From Phoronis australis (Eukaryota > Animalia > Phoronida): DNA of 52,251 bases. A program made the position numbers and the translations under genes. The notes beneath the pieces were generated by a model. It saw only the letters and a program-made list of their open reading frames with translations, was not told the DNA's origin and made no database searches. Location: contig NMRA01000076.1 in NCBI GenBank assembly GCA_002633005.1, positions 508,590 to 560,840 on the forward strand, in the 5' to 3' direction. Shown here piece by piece: positions 21,401 to 34,562 of this stretch (the first letter of the stretch is position 1; every line of letters starts with the position of its first letter).

Positions 21401-21812
21401 CATAAATATTTTGCATTATTAAAATCAACCCACAATCAGGCCAAAATCAAAATCCCCCCTCACATGACTAGCCTTATAATACGTGCGTGCACTTAAAAGG
21501 CTACTCAATTTATCTGCAATCTGACAAAAACAACTGCAGAAATGAGATACTTTAGTCACATAAGTGACTTAGCATGCTCAGACAACAGGAAGTGGAAACG
21601 GGATATTGTCCCTATCCAACTGTGAGAAGTGAGGATGGAGTGGGGGAAACAGCTTGATATTATCCTAATAGCAAACAAAAAACTTAACAGCTACACAGGT
21701 GGTGAATTATTACACAATGATGCAATGTGAAAACATAAAAACAAAGATTAAAATAATTTAAATTACACGAGGTAAATCTTTGATGCAGAAGCTCAAACAA
21801 AGCCACGTTTAA

Positions 21813-22035
21813 AGCCCCATGCAGTGCCATTTTTGTAAACTATTGTTTTGATTCATGTTTTGGGTGGAACCCTCCGTTTCGAGATTTTGTATGCGATTTC
21901 GCAATCCTCATTGCATGTGATCAAAGAATGGACGGAATGGAGTTCATTGGTTGGAAGATTCACCGTTGCTAACACAATTTAGTTCAGTTTGAACTTTGCA
22001 ATTTCGCCTTGACCTAATTAGCGTTGCGTGGGGCT
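21813..22035. mobile_element. Kolobok-like MITE with TTAA TSD
   Basis: TTAA-AGCCCCATGCAGTGC ... GCGTTGCGTGGGGCT-TTAA; a related copy lies at 3484-3680. Confidence 0.7.
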
Positions 22036-23502
22036 TTAAGACAAAACTAGATCAGAAGAGCATGCCCTAGGTTTCCTACAGTTATCAAAAGAATGAAAAC
22101 ATCTCTTGTTACCCGTTACCATTTCTGTAGAAATATGCCTAATGTTAAGCTGCGATCTGTCAAAAGACATTCACTTTTAGTTACTTTAGTTCAGATTTAA
22201 GTACTATTACGGAATAAATGTTATGCGACAAACATATATTGAAAATATACAATTCCACTGAGAAATTTTTCTCATCTATTGCCCACTTTTTCATGACATT
22301 GAACTAATTAGAAACTCAAAAACAGCACAGCAATTCACTCGTGTATCACAACCTATGGCAGGCAACTCAATTTAAATATTTCGCAAAAATAAGCATCAAG
22401 AAATATTTGGCCTGTCAGTAACAAAGTTTTTACTACATAGTAGGCAAAATTTTGATAGTTTGAAAGCAGTCAAGCTTCTTTAAATGCAACACTGACAATA
22501 CCGATACTTAACTTTGTCAAAATAACTGAACACTAGTCCCACTTAATTTTATACATCAACACCATTTTTAGCCACACTCCACCTACCTAAATTTAAGTAA
22601 TAAAGAAAAATACCTATTAAAATGATGACAATATAACATAACGGGCAATCAGTCACAGCTAATTACACAGGTGATCCCTTAGTTGTGATTACTATCATCC
22701 AGGTAAGTTGTGCAATGCCCCCAATATTTCCCACTATAAACTACTGCAGACTACATATCATTAAGTTCCATTAAGAATATTAACATGGTGAATAATTGGT
22801 TTGATAAGCGTGGTGTCAATGAGGCACTGGATCTCTGTAAAAAATCCCTCCCTGAACCGGTCTGGTGGAGCAAAAAACCTAGCCGAAGGCATTAATTAGA
22901 CTTACTATCCAACAGAGGTCGCACTAGTAGTAGCTCAATGGGAACTGAAAGGCGGGGAGAGTCGAGACCACCAATCAGAAGGGAACAGGTGTGATCTTCG
23001 CAACGTCAAGTTTTTCACAAGGTACGTCTGGTTGGAACATTCATAATTACTCATATATTTCCTATGTTTGAATAATGATAACAAAGTGTTTCAACTGAGA
23101 CATGCTTCAGTGGGAACGTCCAACATTGTCAAGCTACAGAAATTCTTCATTCATTTTGCACAAACAAAATTGACAACTTTGACATTTTTACAAATTTACC
23201 AAGACATCTACACACTGCAAATAATACTAGCAGTAGAATAAAATTTTCTTAATCTATATTTTGGTAGAGAATATTGTCGGCCATATTGTGTGCTAGGTAA
23301 TTAAAGAATTACCGTACAATCCAAGTGTGACCAGCCTCCAGGCTGGGTATAAAACACAATCAGCACTGTGTTAAATGAAGTTATGCACATTAGGTACTAG
23401 AAGGTGACTATTCCACAGATCGAAAAATCTTGTCATTTTGACGTCAGTCGCAGCTTATTTCACAAGCAAAGAACCAATGGGCAGTGAGTTCTCCATCACA
23501 TG

Positions 23503-26500
23503 TCATAAGTCAATGAGAAGACCTGTTGGCACTGCAAAAGAGGATTAAGGTCATTTGAGCGATGCCTGTGGCAGACACACGAAACATTTGTTATTGTTTA
23601 ATTATGAATCATTAGTCTTCATTACACGACATACGTTGGTCATATCAAGTCACCAATAGTTAAGACAGCGTGAAAAGATCTCTGACTCGACCAAGGCTTG
23701 AACTCGGGACTATCTGCTAACCATGCAGATTTATAACAACACAATTTATTCATGATGTTACGAGATTACAGAGAAAGGACAATATGAAAACATACTACTT
23801 TAGGTCAACACCCATGTGCGGCTAAATGTCCAAACACAAAATATCCAAATTTGATACTTTTAAATGCCCCTGCTTGGTTTGCCAGTATTTCTGCAAACAC
23901 ACATCTCACAAAAGTTTTGGTTCCAAAAGGTATGTAGTTAGTCTAGAGTGTGTGGTGCCATGTCATATTCAGGCCAGGAGACATGAAATGGTTGTTCTGA
24001 CTCATGCACATTCTAATAGCATTGTGTGTGTGTGCGTGTGCGTGCGTATGTGTGTGCAAAAACTGGTGAAGACATTTGCGTGAATCGATTGTTTGGGTTA
24101 TCCCTCATTCTCGACTTCTTAAACATTTAGCTCTAAGCTTGGCATGAGGCCCACCTAATAATTTCCCAAACTTGGTATTAAGCTGGACAAGTACAATAGT
24201 GGCACAGCTAGAACAAGTTGAAGAATTTGATATAACACTGAATATCATATGTCAAAGTGAATGCATTAAATACTTGTGCCATCACTTTGCATGTTCTGAT
24301 CCACATTCATTAGTCGCCTGCCCATACAAGGCGGTTAGCTTATTGTGTTGGCGAGAGTAACTTCCCAAATGATCAATGTTGTCTGATTACCAATGAGGTA
24401 TTTAAAGCAGTGTATGTACTGATAACCGGTGCCCGGTCTCCAATCTCCAACTCAGACTCGAATCATACTCAAACTCACACTTCATACTCAACTCAAGTAC
24501 AGACTCAGCTTTGGTGTATTCAATGTCATACTCGAAAAATCTGTACTCGAAATTTCGAGCACATTTACTCAATTTTCGAGTAAACTTGAACTGAAGCGTA
24601 TCTCATCTATATTTTGAGTACAATTTTGAACAAAATTCTGAGTATATGCTCCAAATTTCAATGTTGGGCTGGCAGTGTGTTGGAAATCATACTTGAACAT
24701 AAATACGAGAGAGAGAACAAAATATCGAAAGGCCACTGAGAGACACAGCAAAAGTCTTCTTACCACATTTCAGTGCTTCAATTTCAGTTCAGAGATAATA
24801 GTTTTCATTTCAAATCTTCTTATTCTTCACCTTATTAACCCACCGTCTGAGTCAATGCATGTCATCGCCGCCAATTTATAAACTCTGATTCCTGGCAACA
24901 AGTGCATTCTAATCCCTTGTCAGCGAGTCGTTACATGTGTCGAAAGCAGTTGTGGGAAAACTCGTGTGAGAAGTTTGTGCTGCCCTTATTTCAGTAGGTG
25001 TGCCTACGGTTTGTAGGGTTTCCAAAAGATATGGAGGCGAGGAAAGTTAAAAACAGTTTGCTTCCCTGTCAGGTACATTTCACGTCATAGTTTAGTCATC
25101 TATAATTCCTCAATCCCCAAATGGCATTCCAAATTTTGTTAGCCGATTTATAAGTACCATAGACGTCTCGTCCCGTTCACTGATGAACTCTGAATGCCTG
25201 TATGTAGTGTTTTTTAACTCATGCGCCAAATGTCAGCTAACTTGATACATCCCGGTAAAATACGATACAGTATCAAAATTTTGACATCAGCGTAGGCCTA
25301 CACAGCAATTGGTTCTACGTCAAGACTAAATAAGCAAGAGAGAACAGGGGTTCTTTGATGTGATAAGCTGTTACAAACTAAGACAATTTCAAGATTTGAT
25401 GTATTTAACCCAGATACAATGCCTCTTGGCACTTTCTGGGTATGTATATTTATTGTACTGAATATTTCACAATAAACATTTATAAAAAACCTTATTTCAC
25501 CAAGAGAGTACCTATATGTGCAAAGTTTAAACTCACAATAATTTTTTTGCAAAACACATGAAGTTGTGAAAAACCTTGAAACCAGAGGTCACATTTGATG
25601 AGCTGAGCAGATAAAACTTCAAGTCTATTCGACAAATGAGACCAGTCAGACTGAAATCGCCACTGGCAATCTGAGATCACACTTGGCAAGCTGGTAATCT
25701 TCAAATCATAAGCGACACAGAATTGATGCTCAAGTCTGTAAGCACCAGCAGCCAGCTTCACATCAACGGACAAGGTAATTCCAATATTTAGTTCTTATAT
25801 TTCCGACTTGAATAGCAAACCTGGTTAGACATTGCAGGTTTGGAAGGTTTCAGAATTAGAATTTACAGGAAATCAACAAAAATTTACCAGCTTCTTTGGA
25901 GATTGCATCTGGTGTAGACAAAGGCCTCGCTGGCATTGGTGGCGGTGGCGCCGATCGGCGAGGCACAGGTGGTGTACGTGAAACAGCAGTGGTTGCGTAG
26001 GTGGAGCTAATCGGCTTTAAATGGTGGTGAACAGAGGCATGACTAGCCTGTAAAGTATACATCTTGTTAGTATCAGAAAAGGAGGAGGCAGTGTGGCCTA
26101 ATGGGACATTAAGTGCCTGCTTCATCTACTCAAGGTCATGGGTTTGCGTCCCACTGGGGCACACTACAGGACCCTTGCGTCAGGTCTCTAGCTCCTCAGC
26201 TTGGTTTTAACTAGTGCATATTAATAAAGCATAAAAATGGTTCCAGGTGATCAGTCCAGTGGGCCAATCACAGCAGCGTACGTAGGTCAGTTACAACGCG
26301 TATCAGACCACCTGCAATTACTTTTTACAGTATCAGAATCAATGCTGTGGATTCAATTGACAACTGAGAGTGAATGAGTAAGCCATTACAGGCAAACAAG
26401 TATCAGATGTCTCAAAGTGACAGTATCAGATTTACTTTCATAATAACACAATGCACCAGTTTGCAGCCTAATTTCATTAGTCAGACGTGACAAACTGTCA

Positions 26501-29500
26501 CGAGTCAGAGCTAAAGAAGTAATCATTCACTCAAATCTTCGAACATATCCGTAGTAACCATTTTTGCATTTTATGTTCCAAAGTTAAAGACTCTGTTTAG
26601 AAAATGGTAAAAAAGAGAGTTACAATGTTTGTGAACAAAGAATTATCAGATGAGTCTCCTTGTTAACCTTTTCTGTCGTGCTGATGCGGTGTTTTTTCAG
26701 GTGGGTAGAGCTTTTAGCATTTGACGTTTTTTTGTCGGCCATCTTTGAAACGGTAGAAAAAATAGTTAATATACCTACTACACTATTAGTTTTGTAAATG
26801 GTTACTTTATCTTACAATAAACATCTCAATCACATTCTAGTTTTCTAACTCATCAAACTTAGCTCGAACCACAGCATCAGCAAAATATTGTCCTAGATAA
26901 ATGTAGTGTTTTCAAAATATTGTCCTAGATAAATGTAGTGTTTTCAAAATATTGTCCTAGATAAATGTAGTGTTTTCAAAATATTGTCCTAGATAAATGT
27001 AGTGTTTTCAAAATATTGTCCTAGATAAATGTAGTGTTTTCAAAATGTTTTCACCCCAGTTGAATTTGAAAATTTTTAATTTGCCCCATCCACGGCAAGC
27101 TTGCAGCTTAAAAAATTAATAACAAAGACAATACAATACGCAAGTTAAAGATAGTAGAATTTGCAAGGTTTTGTGAAAAAATATCAGGTTTCCATGGAAA
27201 CCCCATTACCTTTCTTCTAAGGTTTTTCAGCCTTTCTTGTAAAAATTGGAATTCTTCTTTTGTACTGTGATAACTGAAAATTACAAAATAAGATGATGGA
27301 CATTCAGCAAGGTGAAAAGTACTTGATGCACAAATTCTAAATACAAATATTTTAGAACTCTCTCAGGAAATTTCTCTAGGGAGTCAATCAATCCCCAAAG
27401 GATGAAGCCAAGCCTATGCAACGCCTGGGGAATGAGTTTCAAGAATTCTTAATTCACAATTTGTTCACTGTGCAAATGTACAAGGTGACATATAAAATAT
27501 ATGCTTACATAGAAGCAAGTATACAAACACAGTCAAAAGAACTTCAAGCACAGAAATGCATTGCACCAACCTGCATCCACTAACTGGTTAAACTCCTAAC
27601 TCAAACTCAAATGCAGACAATTGTGTAAAATGCAATACGAAGAAGAGCATTTCACCTCAAATTTGAAATTTTTTATTTTCATAGTTGTTATCAACAGTCA
27701 GCACATAAAACATCCAAAGATATTAGAAATGATCCCCATAGTGACACCTGGTGAGTGTCTCATCTGTCATCTACTGTAATCACCAGTAGCACAAGTTGTT
27801 GCACAGGCATTAGTCACCCAACGTGAAAAACAAAAGACTGACAATAAGAGATGAAACGGTCAAACAAAAACTGCATTTTAGCTTTGGTTCGGTCAAATGA
27901 TCTGAAACTGTTTCTCAACAAAAGTCATTGAATTTAAACATAAACAACTTTGTGGCACAGAAATGAAAACGAACCAAAAAGCTGTGATTCGTTTCTAGCA
28001 GATTCGTTGTCTGACAGACATTCATTGAAGTCAACGTCTGTAACTTTATCAGTGAAATATGCTTAAAATATTCTGCAATTTATCAAGTGACCTTAGCTCC
28101 ATCAGCAGAGTGTTCAGGATATGTAAGACTCTAGAAAAATGCCCAAATATGGCAAACTTCAGACCATTATATCTCAGTAATCTGGATCGGATTCATATTA
28201 AACGTTACGCACTGTAGCTATAGAAAATGTTCCACTTTTGCATGAGGACTATCAAAAATAGGACTTGTATGATTTCCAAGTTACATAAAATCAAAAACAA
28301 AATGATAATAAATTTAGAAAACTGTAACAGCATTTCTGAGATTCCATCTTGAACATCATAATTAAATGAAATTGGGTCATATTATTGATAAAATTTTTTC
28401 ACTATCAATATATCTTCCTCTTGTGCTAAATTTTAACAACAAGATATGGTCATTGGTAAAACATCAAATTCTGCATGCCTTCTACTTTCAGGAAAAATTA
28501 GCTTTACTAAGTTAAAATCTCTAATTCTGTACATTTTTGGCTAAAAACACAGACCTGCCGATAAGGTCTTACATAATCACATGACTTCCACTGTGAGGTT
28601 GCAGGCTGATCTCAGAAAATCATTTTTCTCGCCGATAATGTCTCCTTAACATCGGAATCATTACAACATTCCATTCAATAGGATACGAGAAACAACTGAG
28701 AACCAAGTCCGAAGATCTAGTCTTAACAGAGATCCTGGACTTGGATCTACCAACAGTGCATTCAGATCTGTTCCAGGATTCCCCCCCAATACATTAGGGA
28801 ATCCCCGGTATTGTTTTCATCATTTTATTCTACGACAGAGGGAGCACCCGGTGGAGAATCAAGTCTGTGAGATATGGACGAAATGGCTGTACACTTACCA
28901 CATCGAGGTACGGTTCCTTTGTTCCAAAAGAGATCTTCACTCAATATTTTCATTACAAGATTAATTTGTCATTCTAATGTCAATAAGTTTTACTATTGCC
29001 CAGTGAGTTGTAATGTTGACATGGATCAATGCACAAGGAGAGCTAAGTAGACCTTTATTTGTCTGCTCACCTCTGAGGTTCTTAGTGTCAAACTTTTCAA
29101 AAATTAGGCCAATCCTAAAATGTTTTTTTTTTATTTTTACAAAAGGGGAGAGTTCACTTCGGTATGTTGAAAGTCCAAAGTATAGTAACCTCCATGTTCA
29201 CTCACCTGCGCCTCTGGAGGGCTTCAACCCAGTGATCACATTGCTGTTGTGATTGACAGCTAAAGAGGTGTTGCCTGTCAGGCTCATCAATGAACACTAA
29301 ATAGAAGAAATGAACTAACTTATAACTGGACTTTCACTATCACACCATATAAGGTCATTGACTATCAAATGCTCGCTACAGAACTGAATGTAATGATGAG
29401 TCATGTTTTTCACAGGACAGTAACCCCTAAAACAAAGACAAGGATAAGTTTTGATTATTAGAAGCGTGGTACCCTTTTGTCAGGAATTCCAAAATTACTA

Positions 29501-32500
29501 CATGATTACCTTTCCCTGAAGTGTGTGACACAGAACAACACATTCTAGCCTCTCAAAATCTTCTAAACTAAGTCAAGTAAGAAATTAAATCGCAGTAGAT
29601 CATTGAGTAGATCAATGATTGGAAGGTTTGACTCTAAGATACTTGCAGTTTATCAAATAAACACAGAAAAATCAGGGACCCCAATTGGGAATCGAACCAC
29701 AGGTCTCTAGTTTCCCAGTAGGGATTCCTGATTTTTCTGTGTTTATTTGATATATTTCATTACCGGCCAACCTCAGCGTCTATATATCTACTATATTTGC
29801 AGTTTGATATTGGAGACATGCAATCCTACAGCTGGATAGTATGATTCAAGGCATGGTGTAATGCATTCTTTAGGAATACTTAAACAAAAGAGAGGTTTAA
29901 AAATTCATTACAAAAACTGTTCCGCGACATAGTGAATCAAACTTACCAATTGAAAACACGAACGGTTGATCAGCGGCAGTTTCCACCTGGACAGTAAAGT
30001 TCTCAAGAATCAAAACACCGAGAACCTACAAAAAATAAGATTCTTCTGATAAAACAAACTGTTGCATTTTCAACTTATTGTACAAGGATTTTCTTTCTCA
30101 ACTACGACTCAAATTACATCATTACGCTCCAGGAACGTACAGCTCATTAAATCATACATAACTACAGCATCCATTCTAATTGACAACCGCATTACACCGT
30201 CCGCACTCGACGTCTAAGAAATTCCACTTTTAAGTGATCGCGTTTTATTGCTTTAAGTTTACACCCAACCAAGATTTTCCAGTTTTTCACTTTATAAATT
30301 TTAAAAACTTAATATTAACCCGAACACCCCAGATGCAAACTGGGGTACCCATAGGAGACATGCCATGACTTTATATCAATCAATTATATCACAATATCAA
30401 TTATATCAATTATATCATGACTTCATATCAATCAATTATATCACAATATCAATTATATCAATTATATCATGACTTTATATCAATCAATTATATCACAATA
30501 TCAATTATATCAATTATATCATGACTTTATATCAATCAATTATATCACAATATCAATTATATCAAGACTTTATATCAATCAATTATATCATAATATCAAT
30601 TATATCATGACTTTATATCAATCAATTATATCACAATATCAATTATATCATGACTTTATATCAATCAATTATAGCAACTCAACGGGACTCAACTTTAACA
30701 TCTTTCGCCGCAGAGATAACAACTCTTGGGCTGTCTCCGGTGAGTCCATTCTTTGTTGAATGATGTTTAGATAAATTAAATGACTTTATATCAATCAATT
30801 TTTAATAGGGCTGTCCAGGATTACATACCCACACTCGAATCTCGCTGTATTTACCCACAATGCCGTGAACATCCATCAGGCACATTTGCTGTCTCGTTTT
30901 CATGCCATTGGAGTCGATTCACATGTTAATGTTTGATTCTTTAAATTTTTTTCTCTGTTGCATTACTCTATTCGCCCTTTCAGTGCCAATGAACAATTAC
31001 TGCTGCGCTGTGGGTTGCAACTCTGACGTGAGGAAGTTTGGTAAACTGGACAAAGACCAGGGCATTTGTGGTGTGAAATGTTTCCTTTTAGTGTTTTCTT
31101 AAAAATCATAAATGTCCTATATTCTGTTATCCCCTCATGCAAAAGTGGAACATTTCAAAACAGTTATGAACAGCATATTGGAGTGTACTGAATAAAGCAT
31201 ACTATACGAAAGTTTCAAATCCAAACAGCCTTTTCTGCAGTCGCGAAGTTGACCAAAATTAGGCGCTTTTCTAGGGTCCTACATAAATTTAACATGCATC
31301 ACCAGCCACGCAGCTTCAGAGGTGGACACATCTGATGTCCTTGTCCATCTGAACTTGTCTGCGTGTCAACTAAAACCAATTAAGCAAAAATGCCGTTAAC
31401 ATGGCAACAACCGTACCTCGTTGTCCGGTATCCCAACCTCTGAGATTCGAGTATAGTACAACAGATTTCCTCTCAGTTTAAACAGCCTATTCTTGTACAC
31501 TACAAGATAAAAAACAAACTTATCAATGGAGTTGTTTCATGATTACAGGAAGTCTTCAATGAGTAATTCTTATTCAGAACACTACGTTGGTTGATGCCAT
31601 AAAAGACAGACTCCAGTCAAAGAGACCTGCTGAACTAATGTCAGTCTTTGGTCTGAATAGCATGTCATTTTATCAATTGGTATTTGGAATTATACCACAA
31701 CAAAATATACAGTAAAGTTTTTTGACAAATAGAACATGAATATCGACTGTGTAAAGTGAGAGCTCCCTAATGAAATGTAGCATATGGTGGCTCCAGAAAA
31801 CAATGAAAGACCCCTGTAACCCATGAAAAGCAAGCTTATAAATCACATTTAACTAGATTTTTATTTCCATATCAAATTTACGACAATTACCTCCAATCAT
31901 GTCATGCATAATGTGGTGTACTGTCAATGCGTACTGTTAATGTGTACTGCTTAGAATCATTGTTATCGCTCAAAGAAATTGCCTTGAAACAAAATCACAT
32001 TGGACACCATCCTGGATTTCTTAGCCAACTAGCTATCGAGAGTGACTGCAAGTGCTTGAGAGCGCTTACTAAACGTCCCTCAAGAAGCGAGTGCTCCCGA
32101 GTACCCGCCTCACTGAACGGGCTTCGTGTGTTAGTACATAACATCCACACTTCACAGCATGGTTGCCTTGACAACCGGGGCTTCCCTCTATGGCCAACTT
32201 AAAAGTTCAACTGAATAGAAAATGAATTAATTTGTTAGACCTAATCACCATAGGAATGTACTGCAGTTGAACTGTCTTTTCCACAACAGCAAGGACAATA
32301 GTCCTGTAGTAATTGCTGATATCTCACGACCTGGGAATCGAACCAGCGACCAAGATAAAACCGGCAAGCTTTCCAAGCATTCAGCTAATAAGTAATTTCC
32401 CATTAGAAACTGAGTAACAGAGGCTCATATATCATTCACTGGAAGCACTTTCGCAGCACTCATATGATTCAGTGGAAGCACATCTACAACATTCCGACAA

Positions 32501-34395
32501 TGCCAACTGTAGTAATTGCTGAGATCACCTAACTCGAACGTACAACCCCAATAAAACCAGAAAGCGTGTTAACCATTCAGCTAATAGGAAATTGCCTGTT
32601 ACTTTTTTCATGTCATTTTTAGCAAAAATAAGGTTCCTTGGTTATCCCAGACATATTTTTCATTTAATTACAGCTTTTCGTAATTTAATCAATTACTCGT
32701 CCTCTACTCCGAAAGTGACGTTTTGGGAGGCAAGAATTTCGCGCCAATTTCTATTCATATAGTGTGACTGTGAGAGCTGTCGAGTCAGTCATAATTCTAC
32801 CTCGGTTGTGATAAGTTCGGTCGTCGTTTGCTTTTGTTTACGAGTCAGACAACATGCCACCCTGTTGCTGCGTACCGGGATGTACTCATTATCGTCTCAC
32901 GCGCACTTTGGAAATACCAGACTTTGCATCGCTTTCCGAAGGATGACACACTTCGCCGTACTTGGCTCGTTCATGTGAAGAACGCAGAGTTACCCGTCAA
33001 CGCAGCGTTCAAAGCAGTGGAGGGTTACCGAGTTTGTGGCAAGCATTTTCTGCCGTCAGATTACGAGAGAGATATACGCTGAATTGATGAAGGTCCCTGC
33101 GAAACAACGCCTGAAGAATGGTGTGCCATACCGTGATTCCTGGCAGTGCTCTGTCGCCACCACCGAGAAGTGCATTTTTGAAGCGAGAAGCCTCGCGAGC
33201 TGTGGCCACAACAGTGACTGGAGGCACTTCATCTACTGTCAACTTTTCCTCCAACGTACAGAGCTTGCACTTCTGGGAACTAGCAATGATTCGCCCTGTG
33301 CTGTTGTCTCTAGCACAGAGCCTGTAAGCAGCCCCGCAGTGATGTTGAGTTGTGGGAGTGAATACAAGCCCAGTTCGACACTCAGTGAAGAGGACAATTC
33401 GTCATCTAATGAACAGATCGGTGAGCCAAACTTTGATAAGTTTATTGTGGACTTGTCTAAAGTATTGGAGCTAGGGTTGTGGCGAGGGAGTCATACTGCG
33501 GGATGTAAGCAGTTTGGGTGCTCAGGTCACCATCCAGTGGGAGTGTGTCGCGGGACACTGGGGCAAGTGGGACAGTTGTGCCTGTGCGTACTCTGCCTCA
33601 TTATACTCAGGCTCAAACATACAAAGTATACCCACCCACTGACTATCCGTGAAAAAATTCCTCGTCACCACTGCTGTATAAACAATGTCACTGTGATATG
33701 GGTCGCCGACTCCACTAGTCATTTTCAGATTAATACAAACTAAAAACATCCCTAAATCCAATGTAATTGGGTTCTCTAACAACCTAGTTTGTCGTAGAAT
33801 ACTCGTCGATTTTAGAAAAACAGCCCGAAAACAAAAGTAGTACAGATCCTCACATTAAAATCAACGCAGAGCCAAACTGGCACGAAATTCTTGCCTCCCA
33901 AAACGTCACTTCCGGAGTAGAGGACGAGTAATTAATTAAATTACGAAAAATTGTTATTAAGTGAAAAATGTGTCCGGGATAACCAACGAATCTTATTTGT
34001 GCTAAAAATGACATGAAAAAGGTTGCCTTCGCCTTTAAAAGTGGCTAACAGAGACTCGTATGATAGTGTCCTTACTTAACAGGGTTCCCAGACTTTGATC
34101 ATCAGCTTGATGCCTGTTATTTAGTGAAGAAAACTAGTTCTCAAAATGCGGGAGCCCTGTAAGTGACAACTACCGAACGCAGAGGAAAGGCAAAGCTAAC
34201 AGTATTACTGTGTCTTGAAAATCAAACCAAGACACACGACATGGTCAGGATATGATATGACATAATATGATGAAGTCGAAGAGAAGAGTGCAACGGACGC
34301 TCACCGTCTCTGGGCTGTTTGTGACTGAGTCTACCCTCGAGATCAGAAGGTAGGTGTTTTCCAGCATACTTTAGCTCTTTTTCATTAAGTCGCAT
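23503..34395 (-). CDS. PLEKHJ1: PH-domain protein of the PLEKHJ1/sesquipedalian group, about 198 aa
   Basis: Exons (-): 34395-34305, 31499-31417, 30025-29947, 29296-29206, 27273-27210, 26047-25888, and a probable last exon 23531-23503; phases consistent. Translation: MRLNEKELKY...YKNRLFKLRGNLLYY...VLGVLILENFTV...PFVFSIVFIDEPDRQHLFSCQSQQQCDHWVEALQRRSY, then a Pro-rich tail and VPTGLLIDL*. Resembles PLEKHJ1 (MRYNEKEL...FSISFIEDPERKYHFECSSEEQCQEWMEALRRASY). The last exon and exact orthology are less certain. Confidence 0.8.
26081..26325 (+). mobile_element. tRNA-derived SINE (degenerate)
   Basis: Head GGAGGCAGTGTGGCCTAATGG (A box) and GGTTTGCGTCCC (degenerate B box), followed by a short body; the 3' boundary is approximate. 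Confidence 0.45.
26881..27046. repeat. 32-bp minisatellite, 5 perfect copies
   Basis: CAAAATATTGTCCTAGATAAATGTAGTGTTTT x5, plus a partial copy. Confidence 0.95.
29652..29796. mobile_element. Short insertion with inverted arms, a B-box and a 9-bp TSD
   Basis: ATCAAATAAACACAGAAAAATCAGG...GGGAA is inverted to TTCCC...CCTGATTTTTCTGTGTTTATTTGAT. B-box GGTTCGATTCCC on the - strand. TTGCAGTTT at 29643-29651 and 29797-29805. Confidence 0.6.
30364..30672. repeat. AT-rich higher-order minisatellite (about 52-bp unit built from ATATCAATT-like subunits)
   Basis: Repeated CATGACTTTATATCAATCAATTATATCACAATATCAATTATATCAATTATAT with variable subunit number. Confidence 0.9.
30989..31102 (+). pseudogene. THAP-domain N-terminal fragment (transposon relic)
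   Basis: MNNYCCAVGCNSD... matches the THAP start M-x-x-x-C-C-x-x-G-C; it is truncated and lies inside an intron of the PLEKHJ1-like gene. Confidence 0.4.
32305..32601 (-). mobile_element. Degenerate tandem LTR relics of the TRIM family; the second copy is interrupted and resumes near 34039-34055
   Basis: tgtagtaattgctga...gggaatcgaaccagcgac...ggaagcacatctacaaca (32305-32491), a 16-bp spacer, then a second LTR from 32508 ending attgcctgtta. It continues after the inserted element as aagtggctaacagagactcgtatgat. Confidence 0.75.
32602..34034 (+). mobile_element. Non-autonomous Kolobok-like DNA transposon with a decayed THAP-transposase N-terminus
   Basis: About 145-bp imperfect TIRs (32602-32748 and 33875-34022). 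The right terminus ...GCCTTCGCCT is followed by TTAA. A frameshifted ORF from ATG 32854 gives MPPCCCVPGC...LHRFPKDDTLRRTW...RVCGKHF...RLKNG (THAP C2CH), then KFIVDLSKVLEL and GAQVTIQWECVAGHWGKWDS. Confidence 0.75.
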
Positions 34396-34479
34396 TTTAA
34401 CCCCAAACCAAGTCTGTCATCTCGGGGCTCGACTTCTCAAGTAAGAAATAGATTTGACACGTTTAAGACATCAAAAGCA

Positions 34480-34562
34480 TATAACTTCCTGTATGTAGTT
34501 CTGCGATTGCTCAATAGGGAGAGATGCGTTTGCGTTCTCGAGACTCGCACTCTGACGTCAGT
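34480..34562 (-). promoter_or_regulatory. Putative promoter of the PLEKHJ1-like gene
   Basis: ETS-like ACTTCCTG near 34484 and a perfect CRE TGACGTCA at 34553-34560, within 170 bp of the ATG. Confidence 0.35.

Noticed and set aside
26881-27046. CRISPR-like array of 32-bp repeats
   Set aside because: The repeats are contiguous with no spacers, lie in a eukaryotic intron, and there are no cas genes.
30469-30759. 96-aa repetitive ORF
   Set aside because: It is the translation of an AT-rich minisatellite.
33036-33743. 235-aa ORF as an intact gene
   Set aside because: The transposase motifs are scattered over different frames, so it is a chance open frame through a decayed element.
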